Assembly: GCA_965153285.1 (NCBI GenBank)
Contig: OZ229115.1
From: Podarcis tiliguerta
Lineage: Eukaryota
Reading direction: 5' to 3' (one strand)
Length of the DNA stretch: 64,000 bases
In this document: positions 61,305 to 64,000 of the stretch, in pieces
How positions within the stretch are numbered: position 1 is the stretch's first letter
How the letters are laid out: each line of letters starts with the position of its first letter
Translations under genes and position numbers: made by a program
Notes under the pieces: model-generated
The model's database searches: none
Told to the model about the DNA's origin: nothing
What the model saw: only the letters and a program-made list of their open reading frames with translations

Positions 61305-62867
61305 GCTTGAGGAATACAGCATATGAAAAAGCACAAGAATGTCCAAAGGAAAGGTCACAGGGATTCAAACATATTATGATACATACCAGATGCAGTAAAA
61401 TATTAACCTGAATTCTGCATCAGAAAAGAAGTGTGAAAATGTATATCTTTCTTTAAAAAAAGAAGACGACTTATTTCAAATAGGAAGGACAAGGGTGTTA
61501 CAGTACAAATTAGGAAAGCCAACACTGCACATTAACATGGTTTTACTAGCCTAGTGTTTCTACCTTTGGTACTTCAACCTTAATGAAGACAATCTTTCAC
61601 CAGATTTTGCCCCAATACTTCTCCTGCTGAACCCACAAATGTGTTTCAGCTTAACATTCAAACTAATTTATCTCTCAGCTACCAGTGTATAAATAAGGGT
61701 GCAAGTTATTTCAGGTGAAGCTCCATAAAACTCAACTAACTGCAATTCAAGATCGTAATTTGACTCTCAGTTTGGCTCCCTGCTTCAGAGACAAGACTTT
61801 CTCCATTCATTCTCAGCTCTTGCATAATTTTCTATAGCCATCAAGGCTGTGCTAGAAAGTTTTTTTAAAAATGCAGTCTTGGTAATGTTGCATGATGCAT
61901 TAATATGCAATGCATGAGATTCTACCTCCCTGCAAGCAAGGACCAGAAAAATATGCTGATGTATCTTCAAGTATATTTTCAGATTCTAAAAAGGACTCTA
62001 TTGTTCCTTATTATCAACACAAATAACAATCTAAGCATTGTTATATATATAAAATCCACACCTATAATGCCCCAGAATAATTAGGTCTTGTTGGTCAGTC
62101 TTGGGGCTCAGTCACCAAACTGAACTTGGAATTGCAACACTTAGAACTAGTACCCTACTAGTTTCTAATGTAGAAGCAGCCAGTTTCACAGATAAAACTT
62201 CTCTATTGGTACACTAGTCTTGAAAACGTCGTGTTAATATTGTGCTGACAAAAAAAGGTAATTTTGAGTTAAATGAAGATTCCTCTCATTGCAAGCATGC
62301 TTATTAGTTCCAATATTTGCTTTCATAGACCTGACTATTTCAGCATTCTGAGTCAAAACAGAATTAAAACAACTCTGTTCCACCAAACTCCATTTGAATA
62401 CTTGGAACATGCACGATGCATGTTAATACCACCTAAAGTTAAAATTAAATGGCTGTGAAACAGGAACAGATTTAATTCTTCAAAGCGGACAATATTTGAA
62501 ATGAAATATTAATGTTGCTCATGACACTGAATTGATGACATAATAAAGTATTGGGTTTGTTTTCACCTCTATACAAAAGAAATTCAATCTGTACAACTAT
62601 TAAACATACATTTTCCTAGTTTGGCAAAAACGTATCATTTCTCAAGATTGGTGGTATATGAGCACAGAGTATATATTGCCATATATATATCGTTTTTGAA
62701 GATAAAGAATTCAATTATGCTGAACCCTTTGCTTGGCTGCTCCGTTCCAATAAACCAAAACAAAACCCAAATTAAAAATTTCTACATAAGATTCTATGGT
62801 TAAAAGGGAAGAGAAATGCAAATGTGAATTTAGAGCCTCTGTATAAATTTTGCTATATTTTATAAAC

Positions 62868-62873
62868 TTTATT
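62868..62873 (-). terminator. Candidate proximal DR1 poly(A) signal AATAAA
   Basis: tttatt on the + strand, ~280 nt after the stop codon. Confidence 0.4.
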
Positions 62874-63149
62874 GTAACACTGTTTGTTGATCAAATAAGT
62901 GACACACTGCTATCTAAAATTTCCATAAACACCATTAAAAATCCAAAGTTGATATGATACTGAACCTTAAGTCTTCAAGAGTTCAAAGAGACAGTTTCGA
63001 CATGTACAGCACACAACAGCAGACATCCCTAAAATACCAACGGCCGGTCCAAGATGCAGACAAAAGTTACGGGTAAGCATTCATGTCCTGCACAGCAAAA
63101 CCAGCGAAAACTATTTCCTTGCGGGGACTGAAACTCAGCCCAAAAGATA

Positions 63150-63296
63150 TCAGATGTCGTCCTCATCATCTTCATCTTGAGAAGAGCCTGCCTGGTTGGA
63201 TGCACTGGCCGAGGCAGCAGCAAGCTGTGCTTGTTGGGCCGCTTGCTGCATTTGTAGCCATTCCTGCTGGGCTAGCTCTGCCTGCTGCTGTCTAGC
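63150..63296 (-). CDS. DR1: DR1 (NC2-beta) last coding exon, ARQQQAELAQQEWLQMQQAAQQAQLAAASASASNQAGSSQDEDDEDDI*
   Basis: ttttgtgtccctag acceptor, then 48 codons + TGA. Recognisable Gln/Ala-rich region and acidic tail of DR1; synteny with FNBP1L agrees. Confidence 0.96.
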   Translation of the reverse strand, partial: ARQQQAELAQQEWLQMQQAAQQAQLAAASASASNQAGSSQDEDDEDDI

Positions 63297-63640
63297 CTAG
63301 GGACACAAAACCGTAAGTTCAGTGTCTATAGCATGACCTAACACAGTTGCGCACAGACACACACATGCACACGGGGAGATCAGTGCAAGAGGTAAGCCAA
63401 GAACATTATGGCATCCTCTCGTGATCTGTTTCGAGAGAAGAAATTAAGAGCACTACTTTACAAGTGAAACAACAACAGCCTCCGTGGGTCCACAGGTTGC
63501 CTAACCTTGCTGCACACTTGAGAACTTCCCGTCGTGTTTGAAAAAAGATATTGCTGGGTTTGACACAAACTCCAAATGAAGGATGCTCATGAGAAAAAGT
63601 CTTTCCAAAGGTACAGAACTTTAGGAAGAATTCCCTAGAG

Positions 63641-63776
63641 CAGAGTTTCCCACACTTGGGTCCCCAGCTGTTGTTGGACTACAATTCCCATCATCCCTGA
63701 CCACTGGTCCTGCTAGCTAGGGATGATGGGAGCTGTAGTACAAAAATAGCTGGAGACCAAAGTTTGGGAAGCCCTG
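63641..63776. mobile_element. Palindromic hAT-type MITE in the last DR1 intron, TSD CCCTAGAG
   Basis: 8-bp TSD at 63633-63640 and 63777-63784; long inverted arms. Confidence 0.92.
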
Positions 63777-64000
63777 CCCTAGAGGGAAGAGTGACTTTCT
63801 CAGGCAGTGCAGGGAGAATGGGAAAGAGATCATTTCCCCTGTCCCACTGCACTTTTCAGGTTGGTTGGAGGAAGGGGTTTGTACTAGTCAGATGTGGTTT
63901 CCAACTTCTCTTTTGCTGTGGGGAGAAGAGGGAATGCGTTCCTCTCCCTCTCGACTCCTGCATCTTTCCCATTTCAACTTCCTTTCTCAGTACAAGAAGG

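Larger units (their letters stand above)
61280..63149 (-). other. DR1: DR1 3' UTR (AT-rich, no recognisable TE; distal end uncertain)
   Basis: Directly follows the DR1 stop codon; minus-strand AATAAA at 62868-62873 and 61299-61304. Confidence 0.6.

Noticed and set aside
63029-63295. ORF-track calls 63029..63223 (-) and 63083..63295 (+)
   Set aside because: Wrong frame or strand shadows of the true DR1 last exon.

Overview
Vertebrate genomic DNA, almost certainly a lacertid lizard (Podarcis/Lacerta-like), judged from its Sauria-SINE/Squam1, Squam3, Bov-B and squamate MITE families. Two genes lie on the minus strand in tandem. (1) FNBP1L (Toca-1): coding exons 1-7 (24, 116, 54, 148, 63, 105 and 129 nt; all GT-AG; aa 1-213, most of the F-BAR domain) run from a CpG-island first exon at ~48.1 kb to ~1.5 kb; the gene continues off the left edge. 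(2) DR1 (NC2-beta): last coding exon at 63150-63296 plus its 3' UTR, about 15 kb upstream of FNBP1L, matching the DR1-FNBP1L order known in mammals. The ORF track misses the DR1 exon. The rest is intron or intergenic DNA dense in transposon relics: Bov-B, RTE, L2, CR1, three SINE types, Tc1/mariner-superfamily and hAT MITEs, and a probable Helitron, several of them nested. I found no prokaryotic-type system, CRISPR array or intact autonomous element, and no clearly novel biological system. The best leads are: a 4 x ~118 bp double-hairpin array inside a Tc2-like MITE; a consensus CTCF site between the genes; phase compatibility for a DR1-FNBP1L read-through; two candidate unannotated FNBP1L exons (one in-frame, one poison); an AUG-free in-frame N-terminal extension; and inverted MITE pairs in the pre-mRNA. 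Repeat family names come from recognition, not database searches.
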